DNA of 64,000 nt from Selaginella moellendorffii (Eukaryota > Plantae > Lycopodiophyta). This document shows, piece after piece, positions 47,472-60,508 of the stretch; positions within the stretch are counted from its first letter, which is position 1, and every line of letters begins with the position of its first letter. A model generated the notes under the pieces. The model made no database searches. It was not told where the DNA came from and was given only the letters and a program-made list of their open reading frames with translations. The position numbers were made by a program, and so were the translations under genes. Location: NCBI RefSeq assembly GCF_000143415.4, contig NW_003314262.1, positions 5,862,304-5,926,303 of the forward strand, given 5' to 3'.

Positions 47472-49037
47472 TGTGAGACACAAATCCTTAAGCCCCAAAG
47501 TGGAGCCGAAAAGGTGCCATGTGGTAGTGGCCAAAGCGAAAGCCAAACAAGTGTAACACATTTGGACTAAAAGCTCCAACTTGAAGAGTCAAGAGCGAAA
47601 ATGGAACTCTTGACGGAGTGCTCAAGGAACGAGCATGAAGCGAGCAATTAGAGAGTCTCTAAAAAAGGGACACAAAAGGACCAACACATGACACATGGTG
47701 GAGTCCGAGATGGACCCGAGATGGAATCTGAGATGGAGTCCAAGAGGGAGTCCGAGATGGACCCGAAATGGACCCGAGATGGAGTCCGAGATGGAGTCCG
47801 AAATGGACCCGAAATGAACTGAGATGGTCTGAGATGGACCCAGATGGAGTCCGAGATGGACCTGAGATGGAGTCCAAGATGGAGTTCGAGGTCAAGACCG
47901 AGACCAAGACTGAGATTGAGACTGAGACCGAAAATGAGATTGGGACTGGGACTAAGACTGAGACCAAGGCCGAGGCTGAGACCGAGGCCGAGTCCGAGTC
48001 CAAGTCCGAGTCCGAGTCTGAGTTCGAGTCTGAGTTCGAGTTCGAGGGTGAAAGCCCAAAGCGTTTGTCTCCCAGACCCTAGGGGGTTTGGTGAGCTCCA
48101 AAAGTATAGTGGAGAACTCCAGTAGAGCTAGTTTGGCCAGAAAATGCCAGTTTGGCCCAGGAAGGTTGTACCCAAGTGTTGGGTGATGGGATAACCACTG
48201 GGAAGTCCAAGGTTAGAGTGAATACGGATTGACAAGCGGGGTAGCTTAATGAAGTGTTAAAGAGTCGGCTTTAGTTGCCCCGAGAGATCGAATGGTCGAT
48301 ACTCCCAATCCAAGCATGGGTGGCACTACCTACTTGGATACCTGGCGTGGATTAACGAAATCTTGCTCTAAGCCCATGGCTAGAGCACCTAAAGGTAGAA
48401 GGTGGGGAGAGTACCCATGAAGCTCACTTAAGGCTATGATGTTCCGAAATGTTGTTCTAAAATCCCAGATTGTGGAAAGAAATAGGAGTAATCTTCTAAA
48501 ATAGTGATTAAGGATGTGGTCACATGGTGAGGAAGTCCTAGAGAACAAGGAGACTTAGTGGTTAGGCCTGTGGGCCTTGATCCAGTGGCAGTGTTGGCGA
48601 ATACGGCCATGGATAGAAAAGGATTTGGTGGGGACTGAAAAAGGGATGTTGGGGAAGGTTATTCCTCATGTCTACAGGCATCCTAAAGATGGTAAAGAGT
48701 GGATTTGAGATGACCACTCATGGATGGATGGCCTAGTCTATGAAAGACGATACTATGATGCAAGTCGTGTTGGACCACTAGTGTGGCAAAGGTAAATGGA
48801 CATGGCTTTAATATAATAGGCTAATATGTTGGTGGTACCTTTGGGTGTCAGTCATGAGATTGGACATGTGGAGCACTTGGACCAAATGTAAAGGTTGAGT
48901 GGCATGGATGCCACTCTTGGGGGTTAGCAAGCCCTAAATCCTGAATTGGACTTATGGAGGTTGTGAATGAGACTTTTTCAAATGGTTGGAGGTGTGGTTG
49001 AGTGATTAAAGTAGAATAGAAAAATTAATCACTTACA
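47472..49037 (+). repeat. 5' LTR (1566 nt) containing GAGATGGAGTCC/GAGATGGACCC and hexamer minisatellites
   Basis: Starts TGTGAGACACAAATCC and ends CACTTACA. Colinear with 51250-52967. Confidence 0.92.
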
Positions 49038-49040
49038 ATT

Positions 49041-49052
49041 TGGTATTAGAGC
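49041..49052 (+). promoter_or_regulatory. Primer-binding site (tRNA-iMet)
   Basis: TGGTATTAGAGC versus consensus TGGTATCAGAGC, 3 nt after the LTR's terminal CA. Confidence 0.85.
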
Positions 49053-51236
49053 TATTCCTTAGTTTGACTTTTATTGGTGCTCAAGTATATCACCACTTGT
49101 GTTGGCATCAGAAGGTTTTAGGAATGGGCCTATTCTTAAGGAGTAGCAAGTCAGGAGGACATGGCTCTCCACTACAGTTCATGTATGAACTTATAAGTAA
49201 GGTGGTGGATAGAAAAGGGTCAATAAAGGAACGACTTTGGGACCTTGGGAACAATATAAGGTTTTCATTAGGATGTGATCCAGATGAGCATTTGACTTAG
49301 CAAACTAGCTAATGTAGTTGTGGTAAATAATTATAGTTGGGATCACAGGGAAGGTAGAGACTCCAAAACAATAAAAGAATTACAAGATTACCCTCATATA
49401 GTTAAGGCTGGTGCTCATGAATTTGAGACCAAAATTAATGATTGTGAGAGGTCAAATACAAATGAGGACACAAGTCCTTGAAATGGTAGCTGGGGCTACC
49501 TTTTATAAATGTTGGAACAAACACAAGGAGTTGGGGGTATACTTAGAGGATGAGTTGGTATTATTATCATATGGACAGATAGTCCTAAGGGGCAAATGCA
49601 GCCCACAAGGAATGGGGAATAATCAAGTGTTAGAGCAACACTTGCAAAGATGGCCATTGTGAGTAGAATATGAATACACAAAGTTGTATTCTAGTGAGCT
49701 AGCACCTCAACACTAGGATCTCATAGGTCATCGGATTAATAAAGTCCAAAAAGCTGGATGACTCAAGTAGAGTCTAGGAATGCTCTTAAAGGATTGGTAG
49801 AAGCATTTGGACTAAGGTGTGTTATGCCCCATAAAGGATGGGGAGGATTATATAATATAAATATGAGAACAATGGGTATCTTATTGATGGTAGAATATGC
49901 CATACTAAAGTCATGGGAAAGGCATTTCCCAAAAAAGAAAACAACTTTGACACAAAGTTATGCATAAACTCTATAGTGCAGTATTAACGGATAGTTGGTA
50001 TAAGAAACAAGTATATTGGTCTTGGAAAGGACATAAGAAGTGTCATAAAAGTAGGCTCGTGGAGCTGATGGTGTGGAGACACCGAATATGCCAAGGCATG
50101 ATGCCTTGAGGTTAAGTTGGCAAGTTCATGAGAACCCCTTCCCAAAGGAACGCTAATGGAAATGGGAATGGCATAGCCTTGAAAGGCATGTGGTTAGAGT
50201 GTGGTGACCCAAATAATGATGGAGTTGTGGAAGCACTAACAATGAGTTGTAAGACTTGACCACTATAATGCAACTAAGCAAAAAGTGCAAAATAATTGGT
50301 TAAAGTGGTGGAAAGTAACTACCTAAGACTTTTTATTGGGATAAGGAAGTTGGATATACCCTTATAGAGGATAAATTATTTATGTTGCGATATAGTAAGT
50401 CAATATCATAAAAGGAATACTCATTGAAAGAGGCCATCATTGGAACACCCAAACACTCTAAAACACCAAAAAGTGGTATTTGGTGTCATGAGGGCATTAG
50501 ATAATGCCCGAGGGACTAAGTCTTTAACAAATGATGGGTCAACAAGTTAAAGATCTGGAAGACTTAGTACCTATTGGCAAACCTGTTAAGGTGACAAAGG
50601 TTAAATCACTAGGTGATCTCACGGCTAAACAAGAATGAAATCCTTGTGAGGCTAAGGAATAAAGTTCCTAATTCAAAGTGTTGGTTTTAACTATTGGTAA
50701 TGGTGTGGCTTGGTCAAAGCAACCAAGTGGGAAGGTCACGTAAAGGGAAATCAGTTGTGCCGATATGATGATATAGTGAGTCCAAGAAAGTAGTCTCTAG
50801 GAAAGACCCATGGGAAGGTTGTAAAGTGGGGCTATGGATGGAGCCCGTAGCAGAAAATGCTAAAAAGACCTATTAAGAATGAGCACTCTTTAGATTTGGT
50901 AAAATAGAGCATTTGCCATAGAACCAAAAGAATACCTCAAGAATGGAGATAGTGATCCTATGTTGTTTGGTGCAATAATCAATGGATAGGAACAAAAAGC
51001 TAGTGGCTAAGTGTGGGCTATGGAATTCATTAAAAGAAATTCAAATAACAAAGTTAGGCAAGGAACACTAATGTTCTAGAGACTATGCTCCTTAGAGGAT
51101 GGACAAAGCATGGTGAGCCTTCGGTGTCAAACCATTCACGAATATTAGCTGGGTGCTAAGGATGGAAATGGTAATACATGTTGGTGTTACTTTATAAAAG
51201 GGTTTACTATTCGATGAGGACATCACATTTCATTTA

Positions 51237-51249
51237 TGGGTGGTGGAGT
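51237..51249 (+). promoter_or_regulatory. Polypurine tract (degenerate)
   Basis: tgggtggtggagt immediately before the TG of the 3' LTR. Confidence 0.6.
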
Positions 51250-52967
51250 TGTGAGGCACAAATCCCTAAGCCCCAAAGTGGAGTTGAAAGGGTGCCATGT
51301 GGTAGTGGCTGAAGCGAAAGCCAAATGAGCGTAACACATTTGGACTAAAAGCTCCAACTTGAAGAGTCAAGAGCGAGAATGGAACTTCTGACGGAGTGCT
51401 CAAGGAACGAGCATGAAGTGAGCAATAAGAGAGTCTCTAAAAAAGGGACACAAGAGGACCAACATATGACATGTGGTGGAGTCCGAGATAGACCCAAGGG
51501 ACCCAAGATAGAGTCCGAGATGAAGTCTGAGATGGAGTCCAAGATGAACCAAAGATGGACCCGAGATGGAGTTTGAGATGGAGTCCAAAATGGACCTGAG
51601 ATGGACCTAAAATGGAGTTTGAGATGGAGTCCAAAATGGACCTGAGATGGACCTAAGATGGAGTCCGAGATGGAGTCTGAAATGGAGTCCGAGATAGACC
51701 GAGATGGAATCCGAGATGGAGTCTGAGATGGACCCGAGATGGAGTCCAAGATGGACCAAGATGGAGTTCAAGATGGACCTGAGATAGAGTCCGAGATGGA
51801 CCGAGATGGAGTCCAAGATGGACCCGAGATGGAGTCCGAGATGGACTGAGATGGAGTTCGAGATGGAGTCCAAGATGGACCTGAGATGGAGTCCGAGGTC
51901 AAGACTGAGATTGAGACTGAGACCGAAACCGGGACTGAAACTGAGACCGAGACTGAGGCCGAGGCCGAGACCGAGCCCGATTCTAAGTCTGAGTCCGAGT
52001 CCGAGTCCGAGTTCAAGTCTGAGTTCGAGTCCGAGGGTGAAAGCCCAAAGCGTTCATCTCCCAAACCCTAGGGAGTTTGGTGAACTTCAAAAGTATAGTA
52101 GAGGGAGGACTTCAATAGAGCCAGTTTGGCCAGAAAAGGCCAATTTGGCCAAAAAAAGGCTAATTTGGCTCGGAAAGGTTGTATCCGGGTGTTGGGTGAT
52201 GGGATAACCATTGGGAAGTCCAAGGTTAAAGTGAATATAGACTAACAAGCAAGTGAAGTATTCAAGAGTCGGCTCTAGCTCCCCCGGGAGATTAAATGGT
52301 TAATACTCCCAATCCAAACATGGGTGGCATTATCTACTTGGATACCTGGCGTGGGTCAACAGAACCTCTCTCTAAGCTTATGGCTCCCAAAGTCCCAGAC
52401 TATGAAAAAGAAAAGGAGTAGTCCTCTAGAGTAGTGACTAAGGATGTGGTCACATGGTGAGGAAGTCCTAGAGAACAAGGGGACTTAGTGGTCGGGCCTG
52501 TAAACCTTGATCTAGTGGCAGTGTTGGCAAACACAGCCATAGATAGAAAGGGATTTGGTGGGGACTGAAAAAGGGATATTAGGGAAGGTTGTTCCCCATG
52601 TCTATAGGCATTCTAAGGATGCTAAGGAGTGGATTTGGGATGACCACTCATTGACGGATGACTCAGTCTGTGAAAGATGGGATTGTGATGCAAGTCATGT
52701 TGGACCACCAATATGGCAAAGGTAAATAAACATGGCCTTAATGTAATGAGCCAATAAGTCGGTGGTACCTTTGGGTGTCAGTCATGAAATTGGACATGTG
52801 GAGCATTTGGACCAAATGCAAAGGTTGAGTGGCATAGATGTCACTTTCGGGGGCTAACAAACCCCAAGTCTTGAATTGGACTTATAGAGGTTGTGAATGG
52901 GACTCCTTCAAGTGGTCGAAGGTATGGTTGAGTGACTAAAGTAAAATGGAAAAATTAGTCACTTACA
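51250..52967 (+). repeat. 3' LTR (1718 nt) with a longer minisatellite array
   Basis: Starts TGTGAGGCACAAATCC and ends CACTTACA, followed by TSD TTTAG. Confidence 0.92.
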
Positions 52968-54419
52968 TTTAGAGGACAGTGGAACTCATGTAAATTTCAT
53001 AAATTGGGAATTTGCTTTAGATCTTGGCATAAAATTATGACCTCTTCCACATTATTATCATGCCAATATCTATTAATGGTCATCAACTTGCATTAGGGGC
53101 AATCATACATGATATAAAACTCATTGATGTCAATATTCTTCAAATTATCACCATTTGAAAGGTATATATCATATTGGTTTAATATCCATATGTCATAAGG
53201 GTACAAAGTTTCATTGGTGCTTCATCATATAAACTCACAGGATTATCAAATGCTAATTCATTTTCCCAATTTTAGTTTGTTTAAAGGGCTCTTTGCTTAA
53301 TAGAAAGGACCATATCATATATTTTGGTAAGTTAAACTGCAAATTTATAAAGTTTGGCACAATATTCAATATATATTATTCCTTCAAAAATTATACATGT
53401 GCAATAGATGAATTGCACTCAATTGCACTGCCTATCATTCCACCAATGCCTCTTCTTAATGTTCTTTTAGATCTTAACCCATTAACAAAAACACTTTAAT
53501 TGCCTTCCATCCTTCTAAGAGGAGGTTTAAATGTATAGATATAATATTGTATACTATTATTAGTGTAGTGGGATTTTGATTGCATCAAATTTGTTTTAAT
53601 TTAGACCACTCACTCTTGTATATAAGTTAAGGCTATATATATTTTATATTTTATACACTCATATAATCAATTATTATTAAATATTACCAAAATAATATTA
53701 TTCTAATATTTAAAATTCATTTAAGGTAATTTATAATTTTTATTTTATTTTTTAATTTCATAATTTTTAAAATATCTTATGTGACAGCTAAATTGGAGTT
53801 TTAACAATTAAATAATCACATTTTAGTATCCAGAAAATACAAGCTTATTAAATACATGAGTCTGATACTTAACCATCTTTTAAATAACTACCATTTAATA
53901 TTTTAAATACTATTTTTAATAACTTAACTTATCTGCATTTAGTGGATAAATATAAATAATATCAATATTAGTAAGTATTTATTAGTGTTTGTGTTTACTA
54001 TTTTACTAAAATTATTTCAAAAGAATCTTGAGTCTTAACAAAAATAAAAAGCTTTAGAAAAGTTTAATACGACCAACTAAATAATCAAATGTTTTGAAAT
54101 ATAGTTTTTCTTGTAAAAAAATAGCTTTAGTAACAAACTATATCACTAATCAGACCTAACAACCTTTATAGACTGTCTTGAGCGCTTAGAATATTTTTCT
54201 CATACTTATTCTTGTTTGGTTGTAAATATTCTGCATCATAGGTATTTTAAAAATAACAAGAAAATAGTTGATATTTCTGGCTAGAAATAAGTATAACTTC
54301 ACTCCTCTTAAACTAAACCCAAATGTTGCGTAATAATATACTAAATATTAATGTTTTAAATTTATTTATACCTCCAAACTTATATATTGAGCATTCACCC
54401 AACATTTCCTAATACTAGA

Positions 54420-55000
54420 AAGCGGATTCCCAACGAACTTCTTCTTATGCTTCCAGATGGGTGCTAACAGTATTATTCATCCTCAAACTAGCCTTAGTAG
54501 CCGTGGAGCGATCCTGCCCGTCCGCCAGCATATTCAGGATGCAGGGATTGAAGAGGTACGCCTTGGCAAAGCATTTGTCTTCCTTATGGTTAAAAGAGCA
54601 AGGTGCCATTCGATTTAAAATATAGCATTGACTGTCTCTTAACAGAGCCTTTCTGGTAATCTCTTCCACAGCTGCTATTGCATTTCCAGCAGCTCAAATG
54701 ATGCTCTTAGTGATAGCTATGCCAGACCTGGAATGAAAGTTCGTGACAGGAATTCACTTCATTTCTAATTCGCTCCAGCTTAATCAATGTTTGATTGACC
54801 CATGCATCTTCAGCTTTAAAAAGAGACTTTTTTCCTCTTCCAGGTGTGGGTTTTAAGCCAGGGTTCCCTGATGGGTGGAGCTTAGGAATGCTTGGTGTTG
54901 AGAGGAAAAGAGTAGGCTTTGTCAACCATGAACTCTTTCACATAATGGAATATTTCTTGATGAAATGTGGAACTTTCAGGTTTGACTTTAAGCACAACTT
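54420..55000 (-). mobile_element. Possible DNA-transposase remnant (CENP-B/Tc5-type HTH-like segment)
   Basis: 'GRGKKSLFKAEDAWVNQTLIKLERIR..GIAITKSII*AAGNAI' resembles pogo-type HTH domains. It is interrupted by stops and no TIRs were found. Confidence 0.25.
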
Positions 55001-57214
55001 CTAGCATGAAACTACAATTTCTTTGTATAAATCTGATTGATCACCCACCGACGTTCTGGAATGGAATCCTCTCTCTTTTAGAGCAAAAATAAAAGGCAAA
55101 GAGCATTCAGTATACACATTATTAGGTAGTGCACTCCAAAAAGGTTGGACTTGTACACATTGTTAACATGGATATTCGTTGTCAATCGCCTCAAGCCACA
55201 GTTGTGGCTGTGACACAAATAATGCGAGAAAAGAGATGGATAAATGGGCCACTCCAAAATCTCGCTTTCGAGATCCGAAGTTTCCTGCTGGAGGTTAAAG
55301 CTGCATATGTGTCAATCCAGGAGAGCTACACACACGCACAATCCATAGGCCCCCCCTCGTGATCTTTCTTCGTTCCCCACCTCCCTCATAATGCAAAAAC
55401 TAATCTTAAAAATGGGTAGACTACCGCTCTCCCATGTAATTTCCTCGCATTAGCAGCATTTGCCGGATCACGGCATTTGCACTTAAAAGTCGAGATCGCC
55501 AACTTTTGACATCATTTGATTCGTTTCACGTGTTGTGATTTGAATTGGCCACGCTCTTGCAGTTTGCACTCGATCGATCTTAGCCAGCAGCAGCAGCAAC
55601 AGTGCCTGAGCGGATCGAAGCCAAGATTCCTTGAAACTGGAGGTTGGGCGAGGATAACTCTTGGAGCTTTGCTTCTTTGTGGCCTCATCAACAACCACAT
55701 GTGTACATTGCATGGGGGAAAGGGAATCATCCCTAATCATCTCGCTTCTGCCACCCTTTTGCAATCATGCAACAAGGGAGCAGTGAGTGGAAAAGGATTT
55801 GTGGAGAAAAGCTATGGTGGCCAATGGATAGGCCAAAGTTGCGACGAGTAGTGTTCCTCGTGGTGGGGTGTTTCTGTTATTGAGTGGAATGTTAGCAAAG
55901 GGAAAATGTGGCAAGCTTGAGAGCACTGGACACGCTGCCAAAAGGGGTGAGAAAAATAAAAAGGAAGAACCAATATCAGGAATGTCAACACATTATAAGG
56001 TGAGGGGCCGAAATGCGAAATTGGCGTTGGAATCTTATACGATCATCCATGATTGACTTCGATCACAGCCATAACTAAAGAGAAAAAGAGTGAGCAATCC
56101 ATCTCTCAAAGTATAGCAAATTGGTAGACATGGGATTGGGCAATTGGATCTCATCTTTGTCGATCTGCCAAACTTCTGGGGCTCGAAAACGGAAGCTTCA
56201 TGAAGAGTTTCATGGAATGGATCTTATTTTTTCTTTCTTTTTCTCCTTAGCTGGTGTGCACTTTGATTCATGGCAAAGAAACACATAAACACGCAAATTG
56301 CCAACTGCGATGATAACCTGCTGGGCGCCACCTCTCTTTAGCTTTTCGGGAGGAGTTTTCTGGACCTTGGAAGAGAGAGAGTTTCGTTCTGGGCTTTGAT
56401 ATAACTAAGAGCTTTTCTTCAAGCGAGATCGAGTGAGAGTGCTCCCCAGGTTAATGGACGAGCACTTTTTCCAAAGTCAAAAGTTAAGCAGTCCTCGTTG
56501 TTAAGTAGGGAAGCCAGAGATGGTCTCTTCTTTCTTTGCCCCAACAAAGCAAGAATCAAAGATCAAATTTCGCTTCATTAAAGTATAAAAACTTGGAGCT
56601 GCAATACAGCCCAAAATTGACCCCCATTCTTTGAATCAATCAATCAGTCGATTGATCCATGGATCCATGACTTATTCCTGGTTCCGTTGCTTGAAAGACT
56701 TCATGCTAGATACCCCAGAGTTTACAAAGATAAAATTCCAACCCGTCCCCAATCATACCTTGTACTTAACCTAGATTATTCCCAGTCAATTCCTCAAAGA
56801 GATTTGAAGCATTGATCTCGCTAAGAAGCAGATTATATTCCCCGATTATTAAGAGCCGCGGTACGCGTTGATTATGACTGGCACGGTGAATCCAGCGTGG
56901 TGGCGGCGGCGCCCAATCTCCACCGCAGGCACCAACTATCCAACGGCCCGCCGCCACACACGTGTCAGGCTGGGCGTGATCAGTCATGCGCCGCCGTGGA
57001 ATATTTTCACGGCCGTCAACCGTCAAATGGCGGGTGAAAGTTTTACTATAAAAGCGACCGGTCAGTCAGTAACAAGGTAAAAAAGTAAAGAGTCTAGAAG
57101 AGGTACCCAGTTTGGGCATATGCTTTTAAACTCTGTGGTGTGAGTGAGCTTTAGTGCTTTGGTAGCGCTCTTCTTCTCCTTTGCCCCTACCAGTGTGTTC
57201 TTAGCGAGCGAGCC

Positions 57215-59097
57215 ATGGATTCCAAGGCCGATCGCCAGGATTTGCTCTTCTACCTCTTGCCGCTGATCCATTCCAATGCGCCGAGTTTCCTGCCGCTGCT
57301 GCTCGCGCTGGGCGCGGTCCTTGCCGCGGCGGTGGCGATCTTCCGCTGGACTAGCCGTGGGGGATGCGCGTGGGCGGATCGATCCAGCACCATCCCGGGG
57401 CCGCGCGGTCTGCCAGTCCTTGGATCGCTGCTGGAGATGGGCGATCTCGCGCACCACCGCCTGAGGAGCCTCTCGATCGCGCACGGCGCGCGCAAGCTCA
57501 TGGCGCTCAGCCTCGGCTCCACGCGCGTGGTCATCACTAGCGCTCCCGAAGTGGCGCGGGAGATCCTCACCAGCGCTGCCTTCGCGGATCGTCCTCTCAA
57601 GCAATCGGCCGCGGAGCTCCTGTTTGGCCGCGCTATCGGCTTCGCCCCCTACGGCGATTACTGGCGTGGCCTCCGCCGGATCGCCGCCAATCACCTCTTC
57701 TCTCCGCGGAGGATCGCCGCCCACGAGCCGCAGCGCCAGCGCCACACCGAGGTGATGATCGATGCCATCGCCAGCGCCGCCGGCAAGGATCATGGCAAGA
57801 GCGTCGGGATTCGTGGATTCCTCCAGCGTGCCTCCTTGGCCAATGTGATGCAGGGAGTGTTTGGGCGGTGCTACAGCGGCGCCGAGGAGGCGGAGCTCCA
57901 GGCGATGGTGCGAGAGGGATTCGAGCTCCTGGGAGCTTTCAACTGGTCGGATCATCTTCCCCTGCTCCGGGCGATCAATGTGGACCCCCACTCGATCCAG
58001 GAGCGCTGTTCCAAGCTCGTCCCTCGCGTCCAGAAGTTCGTCCAGGCGATCATCGACGAGCACCGCCAGGCGCGCAGCGGCGGAGATGATCGGGAGAGCT
58101 CCGATTTCGTGGACGTGCTGCTGAATTTGAGCGGCGAGGAGAAGCTACAGGACCAGGATATGATCGCTGTGCTCTGGGTAAGCAAAGCTTACACGATTCT
58201 TTCCACCATAGCTTTTTTCTTCCTGATCGATCGATTGCTCTCTGTTCTTGGCTAGAAAAGAGGAAAAGCTCTTCCTTTCATCAGAGTCATATCTTTTACA
58301 AGCTTTCTTCTTTCCTCTTCTACTTTCTTTCGTGATCCAAGTTCCTTGCTAGTCTCAATCGATCACTCGCTCATTCTTTCTCCTAAAGTTTCGATCGAAT
58401 GCTTTTTCAGAGTTCTTCTCTATGATCGATCCAATTCTTACAAATATCTTCCTTTTCCTTCTTTCAGGAGATGATCTTCCGCGGCACTGACACCACTGCA
58501 ATCCTCACGGAATGGATGCTCGCGGAGCTGGTCCTCCATCCAGAAATCCAGCGCCGCCTCTACCACGAGATCGAGGAGCTCCAGTCCAAGAAATCGCCAC
58601 CATCGCCACTCTCCGATCAGGACGTCGCAAGAATGCCGCTACTCCAGGCCGTGGTCAAGGAAACTCTCCGCCTCCATCCACCCGGTCCCCTCCTCTCGTG
58701 GGCTCGCCTCTCCACCCAGGACGTTACCATCGCCGGCCACCACGTACCGCGCGGTACCACCGCCATGGTTAACATGTGGGCGATCACGCACGACCCGGCA
58801 GTGTGGAGCGAGCCCGAGCTGTTCGTCCCGGACAGGTTCCTCGGTGTGGAGTTTGATGTCAAGGGGACCGACCTGAGGCTGGCACCGTTTGGAGCTGGAC
58901 GAAGGGTGTGCCCCGGCCGAGCTCTCGGGCTCGCTACTGTGGGTCTTTGGCTCGCCAAGCTCGTCGAAAGGTTTGAGTTTGTGGAGGACAAGGAGCGTCC
59001 CGTGGATCTCAGCGAAGTCCTCAAGCTTTCGTGCGAGATGGTGAATCCGCTGAGTGTTGGTGCTGTGGAGAGGTGCCCGATCGCTGCCAGCTCGTGA
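57215..59097 (+). CDS. CYP78A: Cytochrome P450 CYP78A (KLUH-like); exons 57215-58177, 58468-59097
   Basis: '[27 protein letters not shown]', '[12 protein letters not shown]', '[17 protein letters not shown]' and heme motif '[12 protein letters not shown]'. Confidence 0.96.
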
Positions 59098-60508
59098 CAA
59101 GTTCTCTCAAGTATCATCGTCGTCTTGGTGGTTCCAGCAGGGAAGATCAAACAAGGATGAGAAAAGTGAAGAGATCAGCAGCACCACCAACCTGAGCATT
59201 TGTAAAAATGCATCGTCATCCTCTCTTCAGTCTTGCGAGAGCTTTGGTTCGTTCGTTTTCTTACACTTAGTTCCTTTCGTTCTTAGAGAGTTTGCTGACT
59301 TTTGGGCTCGAGATCTCTGGCTTGGAAGTGTCTCCAGAGATCGAAAAGTCCCCTTTTTTTTGTACTTGGGGTCTTTCTTCTGTATAAAACTTGCATCTTC
59401 TAGAGAACTGTTTGTTTGGTTGCTGCTGCTGATTCGTGCGTTTTGTCGTCAACCTGTCCGAAAGTGGCTTTTGGATGCTACTGTTAAGCTTGAGGAAATT
59501 TTCCGCGAGCTCGCTCTCGATCGAAACAACAAAAAAAAAAACACTTTTTGTTTTTTTTTCTGTTTGTTGCTCGTACAATGCAAATAGTCGATCTGATCGA
59601 TCGAGAGCGAGAGCTTCCCTTTCTTTTTTCTCGCTCTGGAATCAAGCAAGCCCAAAAGAATGATTGATTGAACAAGCAAAACCGACTAACTGCCGGATCC
59701 ACAATCGAGACAAATCGAGGAAAGATTGCTGTGTCTTTGATTTTCATTGCTCGCCACTCACCGGGAAAGAGATTTTGGCGGAAAGGCAGTGTTCTCTCGC
59801 GAAAATATCTACATGTGCTGTGTAATGGAAGTGCAAGAGCTTTCATTCATGCGTGATCGATAATTGCGATGCGTGGTCTCTCCATTTTGAAAAACCATAC
59901 ATAAGGATCATGATCTTTGATGTATAGACCTTCATGTGCTTGATATATCTCGCGATCGTGCTAAAACTTTGGCACCTGTGTTGTAGTCAACCGTTTACTT
60001 TGAGTCCACTCTGCGCTGACTTTTCAGAATTTGTGTCGACCAACATGTGCCAGAAGATGCTTTGGAAAATTTGATCAAGAAACGGTGAGATCTGGTAACA
60101 TGCCATGATAAGAGCTAGCGATCCAGACATTTTGCCATTAAGGTTTTGTTCATGAGATTCATACGCTATCGTCCGAGTGAATTGTTGGCGTGATTCGAAT
60201 CTTTGATTTGTGAGTTTCGTGTTCCTGTCCAAGTCGAAGGTATGTTGCGACAAGCCGTCCACATTCACCTTGAAACATGCGAACCAAATGGAATATGGAA
60301 TGAGCGTTAGAAAAATCGAGTCTTTGTGAACCATATAAGCGAACCAAACATCATGTGATTCGAGAGAACGAGCAAGTTCAATTCTTCGCAAACTCCACAA
60401 GCGGAGGGTGATATTGTTTTCTAAGTTCTTGGCACACGACGGGAGGAAGATCCTCATGTGGAGTGTTCCTGGATTGACTGACTGACTCCCAAGTTCATAG
60501 GAAAAATC

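Larger units (their letters stand above)
47472..52967 (+). mobile_element. Complete but non-autonomous/decayed LTR retrotransposon (probably Ty3/gypsy-derived), 5.5 kb
   Basis: Direct LTRs with TG..CA ends. PBS TGGTATTAGAGC (tRNA-iMet type, 1 mismatch), purine-rich PPT and 5-bp TSD CTTAG/TTTAG. The 2.2-kb internal region has only a gag-like remnant (FSLGCDPDEHL) and no intact pol. Confidence 0.92.

Noticed and set aside
47690-48050. CRISPR-like appearance and ETETE/ESESE ORFs of the GAGATGGAGTCC array (also 51477-52035)
   Set aside because: Units are head-to-tail with no unique spacers, there are no cas genes and the context is eukaryotic. The ORFs are by-products of stop-free repeats inside LTRs.
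59980-60460. 156-aa minus ORF and exon-like signals on the plus strand downstream of the AlkB gene
   Set aside because: No recognisable domain, and I could not build a consistent gene model.
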